Notes: a model not told the origin generated them from the letters alone. Positions 26,126-39,587 are shown, numbered from the stretch's first letter. The stretch: DNA of 64,000 nt from Chiloscyllium plagiosum (GCF_004010195.1 NC_057718.1:73989775-74053774), one strand, 5' to 3'. Numbers and translations: made by a program.

Positions 26126-26789
26126 AACAAGTCACAGAATTTGAATTGTACCTGTCTCAAGTTCAGTGGCCTCAACTCCACCTTGTTGCCAATGGGTTCT
26201 TTTTGGTGAAGTACCTACAAAAGAAAGCAAAGAAAGCAAAAAAAGTATTAAAGTAAAATAAAGTCCTGATCATAATTACAATTCTAATTTTCAAATTCTG
26301 ATCTAGAAAAGCATTGAAATATTTGGTTTACAGGAAGAATGAAGCCATTGAATAGCAGCAGTGTAATGGTTTATTCTTGTCATTGACTGTGTTCAAGCCA
26401 AGGTAGAAATGTTCACATTGAATCAAAGCTTTTTTAGAATAATTCTGTAAATGTCAAATTTCTCATATATTTCCCTTAACTCTGTTTAGAAGGTACTGCT
26501 TTGCCTTTTATGGACATCACACTGTTATCCTCAACAGTATCAACTGCTTCCAGTTTCAATTTCTCATATAGAGACTTTCCTATTGAACCTGTTCAAAGAT
26601 TTTATTGTGTATCTCTGGTGCAGGTGGAACTTGAATCTAGGTCTTCTGACCTGAGAGATTGGGACACTACTGCTGTGCACAAGAACCCTCAGTCTCTGGT
26701 ATATGCATTTTGAAGCTTAATTCTATCAAATCATAAAGCTTCAATGTCTCTTGTCTCAGCTAATTAGATTACATATATATCTCATTTAA

Positions 26790-27340
26790 ACTAGTAGCAG
26801 GAGTAGGCCATTTGACCCTTTGATCATGTTAAACAGCAGACCAGACTCGATGTCAAACCTGTATTTCAATATCCAGTTCCTGTGACTTCTTTAAACTCCC
26901 GATGCATTTTAATATCTAATAATTTATCCATCTTTTCTTGAGTATACTCATTGACCCAACTTCTTCAGCCTTCATTTGTAGCAAATTCGACAGGTTGACC
27001 AGCCTCTGAGTGAAGGAATCTTTTCTCATCCCAATCCTAAAGATACTACTGCAAACCCTGAGTCACTGACCCATGGTTCCATACCCCCCAACCACGGAAA
27101 ACATCCTCCCTGCATCTAGGCTGTCTAGCCTATTAGAATTTTATAGGTTTCAATAAGAACACCCGTAGTTCTTCTAAATTCTAGGGAACATAGGCCAAAT
27201 CAATCCTATGAGGAGAGTTTGGATTGCCATCTCTAGTATCAGCTCAATGAATCTTTGCTGTACTTCCTCTGTGGCAAGTATATCCTCTGTTAGGTGGGAA
27301 GATCGAACTATGTGCAATACTGTAGATGAGGTGTCACCAA
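26790..27340 (-). mobile_element. Old CR1 3' fragment
   Basis: AGCAGGAGTAGGCCATT 3' end and CR1 C-terminal motifs. Confidence 0.7.
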
Positions 27341-27349
27341 GGCCCCAAA

Positions 27350-28725
27350 CACACCTTCCAGGTACATTGATGCTTTACCTGCACTTCACTCCATCTAGTC
27401 AGCTGTATTCACTATTCACAATGTGGTCTCCTACACTGGAGAAACAACTCGTGATTGCTTTGCAGAACACCTACACCTTCTGTCTGCAAATAAGACTCTG
27501 AGCTTCCAGTCACCTGCCACTTCAATACACCACTGTTTCCTGTACAACATCTCTGTCTCAGGCTTGCTGCCGTAATCCTATTACAACAATGGGTAACCCC
27601 CGCCAGGCTGATTTAAACCTGCAATACAGAAATGATTTAACCCATGCTGTAAGCTGTTAAAATTCGAAAGGGAAACAACTATTCCCAAAGTCGTCATTTA
27701 AGGTAAAAATTCATATCTTTAATTTTTTAAAAGTCTAACAGAGAATAATTCACTAATAACTATTTGCAACTCATTTATGTAAACCTATCTTTTACCCCCC
27801 CCCCCCCCCCCCCCCCCCCAAATACTGGTCCAATAAAACCCCCAATTAACAGAAAAATTCAAATTTCAAAAAAACCAGCCAGCTGTCGAATCTTCCTCTG
27901 TAGATTTGCTTTCTAGGTCGGTGTTCTTTTTTCCTGTGCAAACTCCTTTTCCAGACAGGTACTTCTCGGAGTTCTTACTAGCAGCTTACATCTATTGGTC
28001 TTTTGGCAATTCTCCTCCAACTGTTCAATTTCTTTCTCAGTTTTATACCCCAAAGCATCAGATTGTTTCATTGGTGTCAATATTATAAAAATACTAAATT
28101 CAAACTTGATTGGAGTTTGGTAGTTTGGGGCATAATTTAAACTGGCCAAATTTGAATGTTTTTTTTGTCTCCAGGCAACCTAGCTAATCCATCTGTTCAA
28201 CTAAGTGTTTCCTTGTTCAGAACAGTTGGTGCTGTGTCAGATAGTTCTGCTAGCTTTTAACTCTCTTAAAGGCACAGTACCCTTTACACCTTCATAACAA
28301 TCCAGCAAAGCTTAGTGCAAGCTGGAAGAACAACATCTCATTTGCCGCTTGGAAATTCTGCAGCTGCTGGACTTAATATCGAGTTCAACAATTTCGGCAC
28401 TTGAGGCCAAGTCCCTATCCCAGGCCTTGTCATCACATATTCATTGCCCCAGACAGATCTTTAACCGCACCTTTGTCTGTCCAACTGTTCTCTCTCTTTG
28501 GGCTCTAGCTCCAGCTATAGTTTACTTTTCACCCCCTGCCTATCCCCCAATCCATCTTCAGCATAAGTACCAACTTTTACCCAGCTACCATCAGTTCCTG
28601 ATGGAGAGTCACTTGACCTGAAACATTAACTCTGATTTCTCTCCACAGATGCTACCAGACTTGCTGAGTTTTTCTAGCAATGACTGGGTTTTTTGTTTCT
28701 GAGTTCCAGCATCTGCAGTTCCTTT
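27350..28725 (+). mobile_element. Neptune-type PLE endonuclease and pLTR remnant, split by a solo LTR
   Basis: Decayed FTCTS..CGL..GET..FAEHL and KLEEQHLICRL motifs; degenerate HHR CTGATGG..GAAACATT ~28598-28627. Confidence 0.7.
27579..28299. mobile_element. Solo LTR (family shared with 24337-24963)
   Basis: TA(from TG)...CA ends, 4-bp TSD ATCC (27575-78, 28300-03), colinear similarity to 24337-24963; internal C24 run 27795-27818. Confidence 0.82.
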
Positions 28726-28749
28726 TTTAAACCAATTATTTCCTTCTAT

Positions 28750-31640
28750 TTCCAGTCTGCACACTTTTTTTATCATGCCAGTATATAATTCCCAATCTTG
28801 TGAACTCTAATTTTGCCAACTAACATCTTATGTCAGATCTTACCAAACACATTCTTGGACTTCAGATACACCACATCTACTAGTCCTCTTATTGTACTAG
28901 TTACATCCTCAAATCTCCAGTAGATCAGTTAAGAATGCTTAGCCTTTCATAAATTCATGTTGACTTTTCATAATCCTATTAGTGCTTTCTGATTCTTGCC
29001 ACATCTTTGAAGAATAGCCTTTATTGTCACGAATGAGTGCAGTAGATAAATTGCAGTGGATAAGTTTGTAGTGTTGCCCCTCAGCGCCATATTAAGTACA
29101 AGGTACCTAGCACAAATAGTTTAAGAATTGAAGTAGTAGGGGAAAAAGAAAGACTAGCATGGGAATGCAAAATTATAACATCCAGATTAATAATAAAAAG
29201 TGTGTCATTAAAGTAATAAATAGTTCTTTTGTTCTGCTTCGGGCTCCGGCCCTTATGTACTTCCGGGACTTGGCCCATGCTTGCTCTGCTCCCCACTTTG
29301 GGCTCCAGCCATGACTTGACTCGCTTCCGTGACTTGGTCCGTGGCTCGCTTTGCTCCCCGCTCTGTGCTCACTCTGCTTCCTGCTCCGTGACTTGCCTTG
29401 TAACTCGCTCTGCTCCGTACTTGCCTCGTAACTCGCTCTGCTCCCCACTCTGCAACTTCACCCTCTTTGTCTCGCCTCCATTCTCCAGGTAGAATAGTTT
29501 AAGAAGTTAAAAGTTTGGGTGAGGGATAGCAAAACTGCTGCAAAGAGGTCTTTCGTAATAAACCCGAGTATGTTTTCCCCCACTATTGATGTTTGGGTAA
29601 CTGGTCTGTCATTCTTTTTTTTAAACTTGAGGTTATATTTGCCACTGTTTTAATCTGCAGGAACTGCTTCAGAGTCTACAGGATTTCGGAAGTTAGAGTC
29701 ACATAGCATGGAAATAGACTCTTTGGTCCTACTAGTCCACGCTGACCATGTTTCACAACTAAACTAGTCCCACTTACCTGTGTTTGGCCCATATCCCTGC
29801 CATCACTTTCCAATTCATGTACTTATCCAAATATCTTTTAAACGTAACTGTCCCAGCGTCCACCATTTCCTCTTTAACTACCAATTTATCCAGTAATTCC
29901 AATACCACTTTCTTTAGTATCCTGGAAAGTAGATTATTAGGTCCTGGTGATTTGTCAGCTTTTATTCCCAATAATTTGTCCAGCACCCTTTTTTTTTGTG
30001 AACCAAACTTGATTTTCCTCAATTCCTCCTGCTCCTTGGCCGATGATCTTTCTGAGAGATTATTTGACTGTTTATTGTGAAGACATCCAAAATGTGTCTT
30101 CAATTCCTCTGCCATTTAAAGTCATAGTCATAGATGTACAGCACGGAAACGGACTCTTCAGTCCAATCTGTCCATGCCGACCAGATATCTCAACCCAATC
30201 TAGTCCCACCTGCCAACACCCGGTCCATATCCTTCCAAATCCTTCGTATTCATATACCATCCAAATGCCTTTTAAATGTTGCAATTGTACCAGCCTCCAC
30301 CACTTGCTCTGGCAGCTCATTTCATACACATACTACCCTCTGCATGAAAAAGTTACCCCTTAGGTCTCTTTTACATCTTTCCCCTCTCACCCTAAACTTA
30401 TGTCCTCTAGTGCTGGACTCCTCACTCCAGGGAATAGACATTGTCTATTTATCCTATCCATCCCCCTCATGATTTTGTAAACCACTCAGCCTCTGATGCT
30501 CCAGGGAAAACAGCCCAAACCTATTCAACCTCTCCCTATAGCTCAAAGCCTCCAACCCTGGCAATCTTTTCTGAACCCTTTCAAGTTTCACAACATCTTT
30601 CCGATAGGAAGGAGACCAGAATTGCACGCAATATTCCAACAGTGGCCTAACCAATGTCCTGTACAGCCGCAACATGACCTCCCAACCCCTGTACTCAATA
30701 CTCTGACCAATAAAGGAAAGCATGCCAAATGTTGTCTTCACTATCCTATCTACCTGCGACTCTATTTTCAAGGAGCTATGAACCTGCACTCCAAGGTCTC
30801 TTTGTTTAGCAACACTCCCCAGGACCTTACCATTAAGTGTATAAGCCTGCTAAGATTTGCTTTCCCAGAATGCAGCACCTCGCATTTATCTGAATTAAAC
30901 TCCATCTACCACTTTTCAGCCCATTGGCCCATCTGGTCCAGATCCTGTTGTAATCTGAGGTAACCCTTCTTTGATTCCCATTATAACTTCCTCCATTTTT
31001 GACAGTTAAGGAGCCACCATTTGTCCTCACTAATCTTTTTCTTGTCACAGAACCTTTTATAATCAACGTTACACTCCTACTTTATTTTCCCCTCCTTGAT
31101 TAGTTTTTTGTACCTTTATTGCAAACATCTATAACTCTCCTGTTTGTTGCCTTTCCTTCACTACTGTTTGGTGGTGTGTAGACAAACCTCTTGCTTTCTA
31201 TCTCTTGGTGTTTCTTAGCTCTACCCATACAGCTGATTTTGGGAGCCAGTATCCTTCTGCACTATTGCATCGATAGACTCATTTAGTCACAGTGCTACTC
31301 CATCTCCTTTCACTATTTGTTTGTCCTTCCTAAATGTTGAATACTTCTGGATGTTCACCTCCCATCCTTATCACCCTGCAGCCATGCCGTCTTAGTTGTA
31401 ATTATGTCATAGTTTTGTATATCTATTTGTGCCATTAATTAATCTACCTTATTGTAAATGCTCTGTGCATTAAGACAGTCTGTAGACTTGTTTTTTTATC
31501 TTTGTTAGTCATCTTAGCTTTACTTTGCATTATGACTTTTTTAATCATCCTTGTTTTCTTTCTACTTTTCATTATCACATTTATAGCTATCTTTTCAATC
31601 CATATTTCCCTTTTCTCTGTCTCCCTCCTCAGATTCCCAT
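28750..31640 (-). mobile_element. Nested CR1 LINE fragments of several ages
   Basis: KADKSPGPNNL, LYRTLVRPLLEYCVQFWSPSYRKDV motifs; younger 3' fragments at ~29695-29870 and ~30120-30965. Confidence 0.85.
29230..29480. repeat. Degenerate GC-rich tandem repeat (CTCGCTCTGCTCC-like units) in an unclassified insertion ~29020-29565
   Basis: Repeated GACTTG / CTCGCTCTGCTCC motifs with variable spacing. Confidence 0.6.
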
Positions 31641-31904
31641 TACCCATTCTAGTTTAAATTTTCCCTGACAGCGCAAGCCAACAGCGCCCCCCCACAAGGA
31701 CATTGGTCCCAGTCATGTCCAGATGCAATCCATCCTGTTTGTACCAGTCCCATCTTGCCCAGAATTGGTCTAATTGGTCCAGGAATCTGAATCTTTCCCC
31801 CTGCACCTACAGCGACATTATTTATTTGATATACCCTGTTATTTCTACATCCACTAGCATGTGGCAGACATGGTAATCCTTTTGAGGTCCTCTTGTTTTT
31901 ATAT

Positions 31905-34515
31905 CTGAGAACAGGGGAAGGTGTGGCATTGTTAGTCAAGGACAGTATTATGGTGGCAGAAAGGACATTTGATGAGGACTTGTCTGCTGAGATTAGAAAC
32001 AGGTTGGGGGTTTTCCATAGGCCTCCGCAAAGTTCCGGAGATATAGAGGAAAGGATTGCAAAGATGATTCTAGATAGGAGTGAAGCTAACAGGATAGTTG
32101 TTAACTTTCCCAATATTGATTGGAAACGCTATAATTCAAGTACCTTAGATGGGTCAGTTTTTGTCCAATGTGTGCAGGAGGATTTCCTGACATAGTATAT
32201 AGATAGGCCAACAAGGGGCAAGGCCACATTGAATTCAGTACTGAGTAACGAACCCAGCCAGGTGTTAGATTTGGAGGTAGGTGAGCACTTTGGTGATAAT
32301 GAACACAATTCGGTTAAGTTTACTTGAGCGATGGAAAGTGATAGGTACATACCGCAGGGCAAGAGTTATAGCTGGAAGATGGCAATTATGATATGATTAG
32401 GCAAGATATAGGATGGGAAAGGAAATTGCAGGGGATGGGCACAATTGAAATGTGGAGCTCATGCAAGCAACAGCTACTACGTATCCTTGACAAGTAAGTA
32501 TCTGTCAGTCAGGGAGCAAGTGGTCGAGTGAGGAAACTGCGGTTTACTAAAGAAGTTGAATCTCCTGTCAAGAGTAAGAAGAAGGCTTATGTAAAAATAA
32601 AATGTGAAGGCTCAGTTAGTGTGCTTAAGTGTTACAAGTTAGCCAGGAAAGACCTAAAGAGAGAGCTAAGAAGAGCCAGGAGGGCACATGAGAGAAGTCT
32701 TTACAGTTAGGATTAAGGATCAATCTTTTTATAGGTATGTCAGGAATAAAAGAATGACGAGAGTAAGAGTAGAGTCTGTCAAGGACAGTAGTGGGAATTT
32801 GTGCATGGAATCCAAAGAAATAGGAGAGGCACTAAATGTCTTTCATTGTCTTTCTCTTGTATGAATAGTAATGTTGTCAAGGAGAATACTGAGAGACAGG
32901 CTATTGGACTAGACGGGATTGGTTTTCACAAGGAGGAGGTATTGGCAATTCCAGAACGTGTGAAAATAGTTAAGTCTCCTGGGCTAAATGGGATTTATCC
33001 TAGGACACACTGGGAAGTTAGGGAGGAGATTGCAGAGCCTTTGATTTTGATCTTTGTTGTCATTTTCTATAGGAATAGTGCCAGAAGACTGGAGGATAGC
33101 AAATGTTGTCCCCTTGTTCAAGAGGAGGAGTAGAGACAACCCTGGTAATTATAGACCAGTGAGCCTTACTTCAGTTGTAGATAAAGTGTCGGAAAGGGTT
33201 AAAGGTGATAAAGTTTATAATCCTCTAGAAAGGAACAATTTGATTAAGAATAGTCAACACGATTTTGTGAAGGGAAGGTCATGCCTCACAAACCTTATTA
33301 AGTTCTTTGACCAAACAGGTGGATGAGGGTAAAGCCGTTGATGTGGTGTATATGGATTTCAATAAAGCATTTGTTCAAGTTCCCCACGGTAGACTATTGC
33401 AAAAAATATAGAGGCATGGGATTGAGGGTGATTTAGCAGTTTGGATCAGAAATTGGCTAGTTGAAAGAAGAAGGTGGTGTTGGTTGATGGGAAATGTTCA
33501 TCCTGGAGGTCAGTTACTAGTGGTGCCCAGCGAGGATCTGTTTTGGGGCCATTGCTGTTTGTCATTTTTATAAATGACTTGGGTGAGCGCATAGAAGGAT
33601 GGGTTAGTAAATTTGTGGACGACACGAAGGTCGGTGGAGTTGTGGACAGTGCGGAATGATGTTGCAGAATACAGAAGGACATAAATAAGCTGTAGAGCTG
33701 GGCTGAGAGGTGGAAAGTGGAGTTTAATGTGGAAAAGTGTGAGGTGATTCACTTTGGAAGGAGTATTAGGAACACTGAGTACCGGCCTAATGGTAAGATT
33801 CTTGGTGGTAGTGTGGATGTGCAGAGAGACCTTGGTGTCCATATGCATAGATCCCTGAACATTGCCACCCAGGTTGATAGGGTTGATAAGAAGGCTTACA
33901 GTGTGTTAACTTTTATTGGTAGAGGGATTGAGTTTCGGAGCCATGAGGTCATGTTGCAGCTGTATAAAACTCTGGTGTGGCTGCACTTGGCCATATTGCA
34001 TACATTTCTGGTTGCCGAATTATAGGAAGGATGTGGAAGCATTAGAAAGGGTGCAGAGCAAATTTACCAGGATATTGCCTGGTTTGAAGGGAAGTTCTTA
34101 TGAGGAAAGGCTGAGAGACTTGAGACTGTTTCTGTTGAGAAGATTAAGAGGTGACTCAATAGAGGCATACAAGATGATCAGAGTATTAGATAGGGTGGAC
34201 AGTGAGAGCCTTGTTCCTTTGGTGATGGCTAGCAGGAGGGGTATAGCTTTAAACTGAGAAGTGATAGATATAGGACAGATGTCAGAGGTAGGTTCTTTAC
34301 TCAGTAATAAGAGCAGTATTATTATTACTCAGTAATAATACTCTGCCTGCAACAGTAGTAGACTCGCCAACTTTAAGGGGATTTAAATGGTCATTGGATA
34401 AATATATGGATGATAATGGAATTGGGGAGGTTAGTTGGGCTTCAGATCGGTTTCAGAGGTTGGTGTAACATTGAAGGCCGAAGGGCCTGTACTGCGCTGT
34501 ATTGTTCTATGTTTT
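31905..34515 (+). mobile_element. CR1/HER1 LINE, near-complete ORF2 (APE + RT), decayed
   Basis: GEGVALLVKDS..FHRPP..NFPNIDW endonuclease, NYRPVSLTS, QRGSVLGP..FVDDTK, 3' UTR ending TTGTTCTATGTT. Confidence 0.95.
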
Positions 34516-35167
34516 CAAGTTGTGAGACTTCACTTTTTAACCTGTATCATTGGTACTAAAATGTACAATGACTATTGGCTGTTCACCCTCTCTCTTCAAT
34601 AGCCTCTCTTGGACGTACTTTCCACTGGCACCAGGGATGCAGCATGCCAGCTTGGAGTTTCTTTTTGTGGCTGCAGAAATGCCTATCTGTTCCCCTCACT
34701 AATGTATCCCCTCTCCTTATCGTCCTGCCACTCCTCTTCCTCCTGTTCTTATGTCACTGAACCACCATAGCTTCCATTGATATTCCCTGAGAAGCCCCAG
34801 CAATCTCCAAAGCAGGCCCTTTTTCTATTCTAAACACTCCCGCTATAGTCCATAGTCCTAACCTTTTTTATTTTAATGTACTGCAACTTAATTGCTCGAA
34901 AAAAGTAAAAGTAATTCTTCTGACCATACTCCAGATGCATCCTAATTTAGAGCTATTTAAGTATGCACTCTACCAGTATTAACTCACCGATGCTGTCTCA
35001 CAAAGTTTATTGCTCTCCACTTGCGTTTCTTCAAAGTAAGTTCACCGTTCTCCTCAGGAGCTGCTTTATACTAAAGTTCCTCCCAGAACACAGCAGTTCT
35101 GATTTGCTGTATGCTCTTCTCAGTCTACTTCAGTGATGCTGACTGCTTCACACATTTCTGAACTGTT

Positions 35168-35520
35168 TAGATTAGATTAGATTGCTTACAGTGTGGAAAC
35201 AGGCCCTTCGGCCCAACATGTCCACACCGACCCGCTGAAGCGCGACCCGCTGAAGCGCAACCCACCCAGACCCATTTACCCCTGCCCCTAACACCACGGG
35301 AAATTTAGCATGGCCAATTCACCTAAACTGCACATTTTTGGACTGTGGGAGGAAAGCGGAGCACCAGGAGGAAACCCACACTGACACGGGGAGAACGTGC
35401 AAACTCCACACAGGCGGGAACTCACCTGAGGCGGGAATTGAACCTGGGTCTCTGGAATTGAACCCAGGTCTCTAGTGCTGTGAGGCAGCAGTGCTAACCA
35501 CTGTGCCACCGTGCCGCCCA
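35168..35520 (-). mobile_element. HE1-type V-SINE with (TTAGA)n tail and two small internal duplications
   Basis: Family match; duplicated GACCCGCTGAAGCGC and GGAATTGAACC..GGTCTCT. Confidence 0.9.
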
Positions 35521-35923
35521 CTTTCTTGCTGCTCATTTTCTCTCAACTCCTTTCCTTTGTATCAACATGAAATTCTCGTCATTCTCAAAATCTATTTCCA
35601 CTCTTGTCTTCCATCTCCCAAGATTTCCTGCAATCCTGTGTTTTTCTAAACCTTCAGTAATTGTCCAACAACCCTCTAATTTTGCTCCACTTTGCTTTCT
35701 ATGATTCATTATCAATGTCTACTTTTTCAGCTTCCTTATGCAACCCCATTCTTCAGCAATTCTGTCTTCTCTCCCTGTCTTGAAAGATTGCTTGCGGAAA
35801 TCTCTTCATTGATTGCACTTGCCCTTTCCACATTCTTTTAAGTTCGTTTGGACTTGCTGTGCATTGGTTAGAAAATACTCCAGAAATTTGTGAGTTAATT
35901 CAGAGAAGTTATAACATACAGTA

Positions 35924-36234
35924 CAGGTACACAATCCTTTATCTGAAATGCTCGAGACCAGCTGGTTTTCGAAATTTGGAATTTTTTGGATTTTGCAATA
36001 AGTAACAGTTCAACTGTGAAATTTTTTAAAAAATCTTACTTAACAGCAAACTTAGTGTGAGTAATTGAGGTCTGCCAGTGCTGGGCCATGCCCCCCACAT
36101 CACATCTGAGTGACACGCTTCGAATGGGTTAACTGTTTGCAAGTCAAGCAACCTTGTTAATGAGATAAAAACTTCATGAAAAGACCTTCAGATTTTGGAG
36201 CTTTTTGGATTTCAGATAAAGGGTTGTCTACCTG
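35924..36234. mobile_element. Tc1/mariner (Tigger-like) MITE
   Basis: TA TSD on both sides; 26-bp TIR CAGGTA(C/G)ACAA(T/C)CCTTTATCTGAAAT. Confidence 0.88.
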
Positions 36235-36334
36235 TATTAAGAGTGACAGCTTCAGAAGCCCAACAAAGGCTAGAATCAGAGCAACCCCTTGTACCTGCTG
36301 TGCCTTTTATTGAGGTCATATCTGATCCCCAAGA

Positions 36335-36630
36335 ATACCACAAGACACAGAGCAGAAATAGGCCGTTTGGCTCATCACACCTACTGTGCCATTGAATGAG
36401 ATTATGAATGATTTGATAATCTTGAAATCCTCTCTCCTGCCTTTCTCCCACAACTATGATTCCCTTACTGATGAAGCATCTATCTAACTCAACCTTGAAA
36501 AAACTAAACAACCCAGCCTTGATAGCGCTCTGTGGTAAACAATTCTATAGATTCACTGCCCTCTGAGAAACAATGTTCCTCCTCATTGTTGTCTTAAATG
36601 GGCAAACCTGTGACTGAAATTATGCTCTAT
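36335..36630 (-). mobile_element. CR1 3' UTR fragment
   Basis: FFKVELDRCFISKGI C-terminal motif and CR1 tail. Confidence 0.7.
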
Positions 36631-36861
36631 GGTATTTTGCCCCTCCTTTCCTCAATGTCCCTTGATACTTTTGGATCACCCAACAATCAATCAGAGGTTT
36701 AACATCAATAATTGATAAGAGTTCCACAGGACTTCCCGTCCTTTTGTGTTTATAAGTGTTTCTTAATTTCGCTCCTGATGCTCTGAAAATTAGAACCAGA
36801 TCAATGACCCCAATCCCTAGGTTCCTCTATGAGCTGAAATGGTTTCCCTCTGCCTACGTTA

Positions 36862-37064
36862 CAGTTGGTTCTGCTATAATGCGAGAGTTCCGTTCACGTG
36901 CAATCTCGCGTTATAAAATAATCACGCAATAGCTGAGCCATTTAAACTAATGGAGCAGGAATCGCTTTATAGCCAATACAGATAAGGAAAGTTTACAGTC
37001 TATAAATAACGGGCTAAATTCTTCAATTGCCTTGAAGAAATACGCATTATAGCAGAACTGACTG
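36862..37064. mobile_element. Tc1/mariner (Tigger-like) MITE
   Basis: TA TSD on both sides; 22-bp TIR CAGT(TG/CA)GTTCTGCTATAATGCG. Confidence 0.88.
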
Positions 37065-37577
37065 TATATCGGTCTTAGTTCTTAAATAGGAGACTGCAAT
37101 TCCTGATTGCAATTCGTTGATTTAGAAAGGAAGTAGGAAAATCCAGAAGAATGTTTCCTAGAAATGTTCAAATAAGTCATGCTAAAGAGTTGGTGAGAAA
37201 AAAATTGCAAGATGTCAATCTGTTTTTACTTGAGTGCAGTGTGCATTTTGATTAAATAATCTGAACAGTCACTGGTAATTTTAATGCAGATGAAATTCTG
37301 GATACTATATGAAGTGGATGAGTTGTAGTTCACTTGGAATTTAGTTTTGACCACAGCAAACTTTTTATTAACTGGCATCTATGGGAAAAGGTGTGTGCTG
37401 GTTGATCAAGAGGTCCACATAATCAGTGTAAAAACACACTAAATAATAGAAATGCAATGCAAGGTTTTATCACTTTTAAGCTTACAGTATAAATCACTTA
37501 AATAATGATGCAGCTTTCCTTAAATAAAACTTACCTGTAGAGATTGTTCTTATTTGTATCCTCACCTGCCTGCTCAG

Positions 37578-37593
37578 ACATTGCTATAGTACG
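37578..37593 (+). other. Candidate 16-nt SNX14 microexon (frameshifting)
   Basis: CTCAC branch-like motif, TGC-rich CTGCCTGCTCAG acceptor, CG|GTAAGC donor, GCATG 37598-37602 and TGCATG 37711-37716. Confidence 0.4.
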
Positions 37594-38079
37594 GTAAGCA
37601 TGCTGCATTGCAGGGATATAACTTTTGCTAGTTTATTGAGAGTGCCGGTTCATAAGGTGCTGATTAAAACAGTTTGTTGTATTGGTTCTGTTTTGTGATG
37701 TGTAACTTGATGCATGATATGTTGCGCACACATGATCTGAAAGTGCGTTAAACGAATAGTAAATTGCAGATTTGGTACTTTTAGCTACTACTTTTGATAA
37801 TATGTAATTACAAATGATATGTACCTGAATATTGTCTCCAACAGAAGTCATTGTATGCTTGTAAATCTAAGAAATGTCTGGAGTATAAATTCGAATGATG
37901 TGGAGGCGCTGGTGTTGGATTGAGGTGGACAAGGTCAGAAGTCACACAACGCCAGGTTATAATCAGGAGGACAAAGAAGCAGCATTCTGAAAGCTTGCGT
38001 TTTCAAGTAAAGCTGTTCGACAATAAGCTGATGTTGTATGACTTCTGACCAAAGTGCACCTTGACTTCATCCTATTACA

Positions 38080-38383
38080 CTATAGAATCGCTACAGTGTA
38101 GATAGAAGCCATTTGGCCCATTGAGTCTGAACAAACCCTCCAAACAGCATCCCACCAGATTCCCACCCTACCTTCTCTCCATGACCCCACATTTGCCCAT
38201 GTGTAATCCACATAGCCTACACTTGCCTGGATATTATGGGCCAATTTAACATGGCCAATCACCTAATCTGCACATCTTTGGACTGTGGGAGGGAACCCGT
38301 GCAGATGTGGGGTGAACTTGCAAACTCTACACAGACAGTCACCCAAGGCTGGAATCGAAACCGGGTCCCTGGTGCTGTGAGGT
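38080..38383 (-). mobile_element. HE1-type V-SINE (5'-truncated)
   Basis: Family match. Confidence 0.8.
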
Positions 38384-38878
38384 GCATTTTGTAATTTTCA
38401 AATTTGTTGGGATTATTCTAATTATTGCACAGACCTTTCAAACATTCACCTTTGGAAAATAATCAAAAGATATGTATTCTTGAGCTTGCCAAGTAATATT
38501 GAAATAATTTAGGATAATGTGCCTTCTCTAGCTGAGAACTGGCTTGAACCAATTAAGAGGGAATATGTTGCATCATTTACACTTCATCTTTGCCTATTCC
38601 TTTCAAATAAAAGTGGCAACCATTAATCAATTTGATAGTTGATGAATTGATTGAGTTGTTTTGCTCATTGTGTTGAGTATAAAATCTGCCAACCACATGT
38701 AGTCCAGATGTGTGCCAATTTGTGTGAAAGAAGCTGTAATACCACAGGTCTTGGGGTATGTGGATTATGGATGCAGTTGTAATTTTAAAAATGACTAAAA
38801 GAGTTGCTTTTCAGCATTAGAGTAGTAGCCATTTATAAAGGTAAGAACGTCCCACCTAGCTCTGATGTTAACATGGGA

Positions 38879-39182
38879 TATAAGACCATAAGACACAGGA
38901 GTGGAACTAAGGCCATTCGGCCCATCGAGTCCACTCCGCCGTTCAATCATGGCTGATGGGCATTTCAACTCCACTTACCCGCATTCTCCCCGTAGCCCTT
39001 AATTCCTTGTGACATCAAGAATTTATCTATCTCTGCCTTGAAGACATTTAGCGTCCCGGCCTACACTGCACTCTGCGGCAATGAATTCCACAGTCTGCGG
39101 CAATGAATTCCACAGGCCCACCACTCTCTGGCTGAAGAAACGTCTCCGCATTTCTGTTTTGAATTTCCCCCTCTAATTCTAA
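38879..39182 (-). mobile_element. Young CR1 3' fragment
   Basis: TAAGACCATAAGAC tail, CpG retained, internal duplication of CTGCGGCAATGAATTCCACAG. Confidence 0.8.
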
Positions 39183-39587
39183 TATGAGCATCAGAGTTGT
39201 ATTGGCAGTGTTGAACTGTTTCAGTGAATACTCTCAAATTTCAAATTCTACATTCACTTTCAAAAGTGCTCAATATCTTCTCATTAATTTTATGTTTGAA
39301 GGTGGTTGAATTAATATGCTTTATTTTCTCTCTTCACTGTTTGATTTTACTATATTATGCCATTAGATCTGTAATAAAATGCACAAGAAAAAGTATATCC
39401 AAATTCACTGAGCTGGTAAATTGTAGCCTTCAAAAGACACTCTCGTTGCAATTGCCATCAACAAATCAGAGCTGCTCTTTGTATCTGACCATTGCATGAG
39501 CTGATCTTTACACTGCATGTTCCACATTTACTCAATCATTGTTTAACATGTAAAGGATTTACTGACCCATTGTCTGCTGTCATTCAG

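Noticed and set aside
24337..28299. One LTR element bounded by the two similar LTRs
   Set aside because: Each LTR has its own TSD and the interval is CR1, PLE and host sequence
29230..29480. CRISPR-like array
   Set aside because: Eukaryotic context, irregular degenerate units, no unique spacers or cas genes
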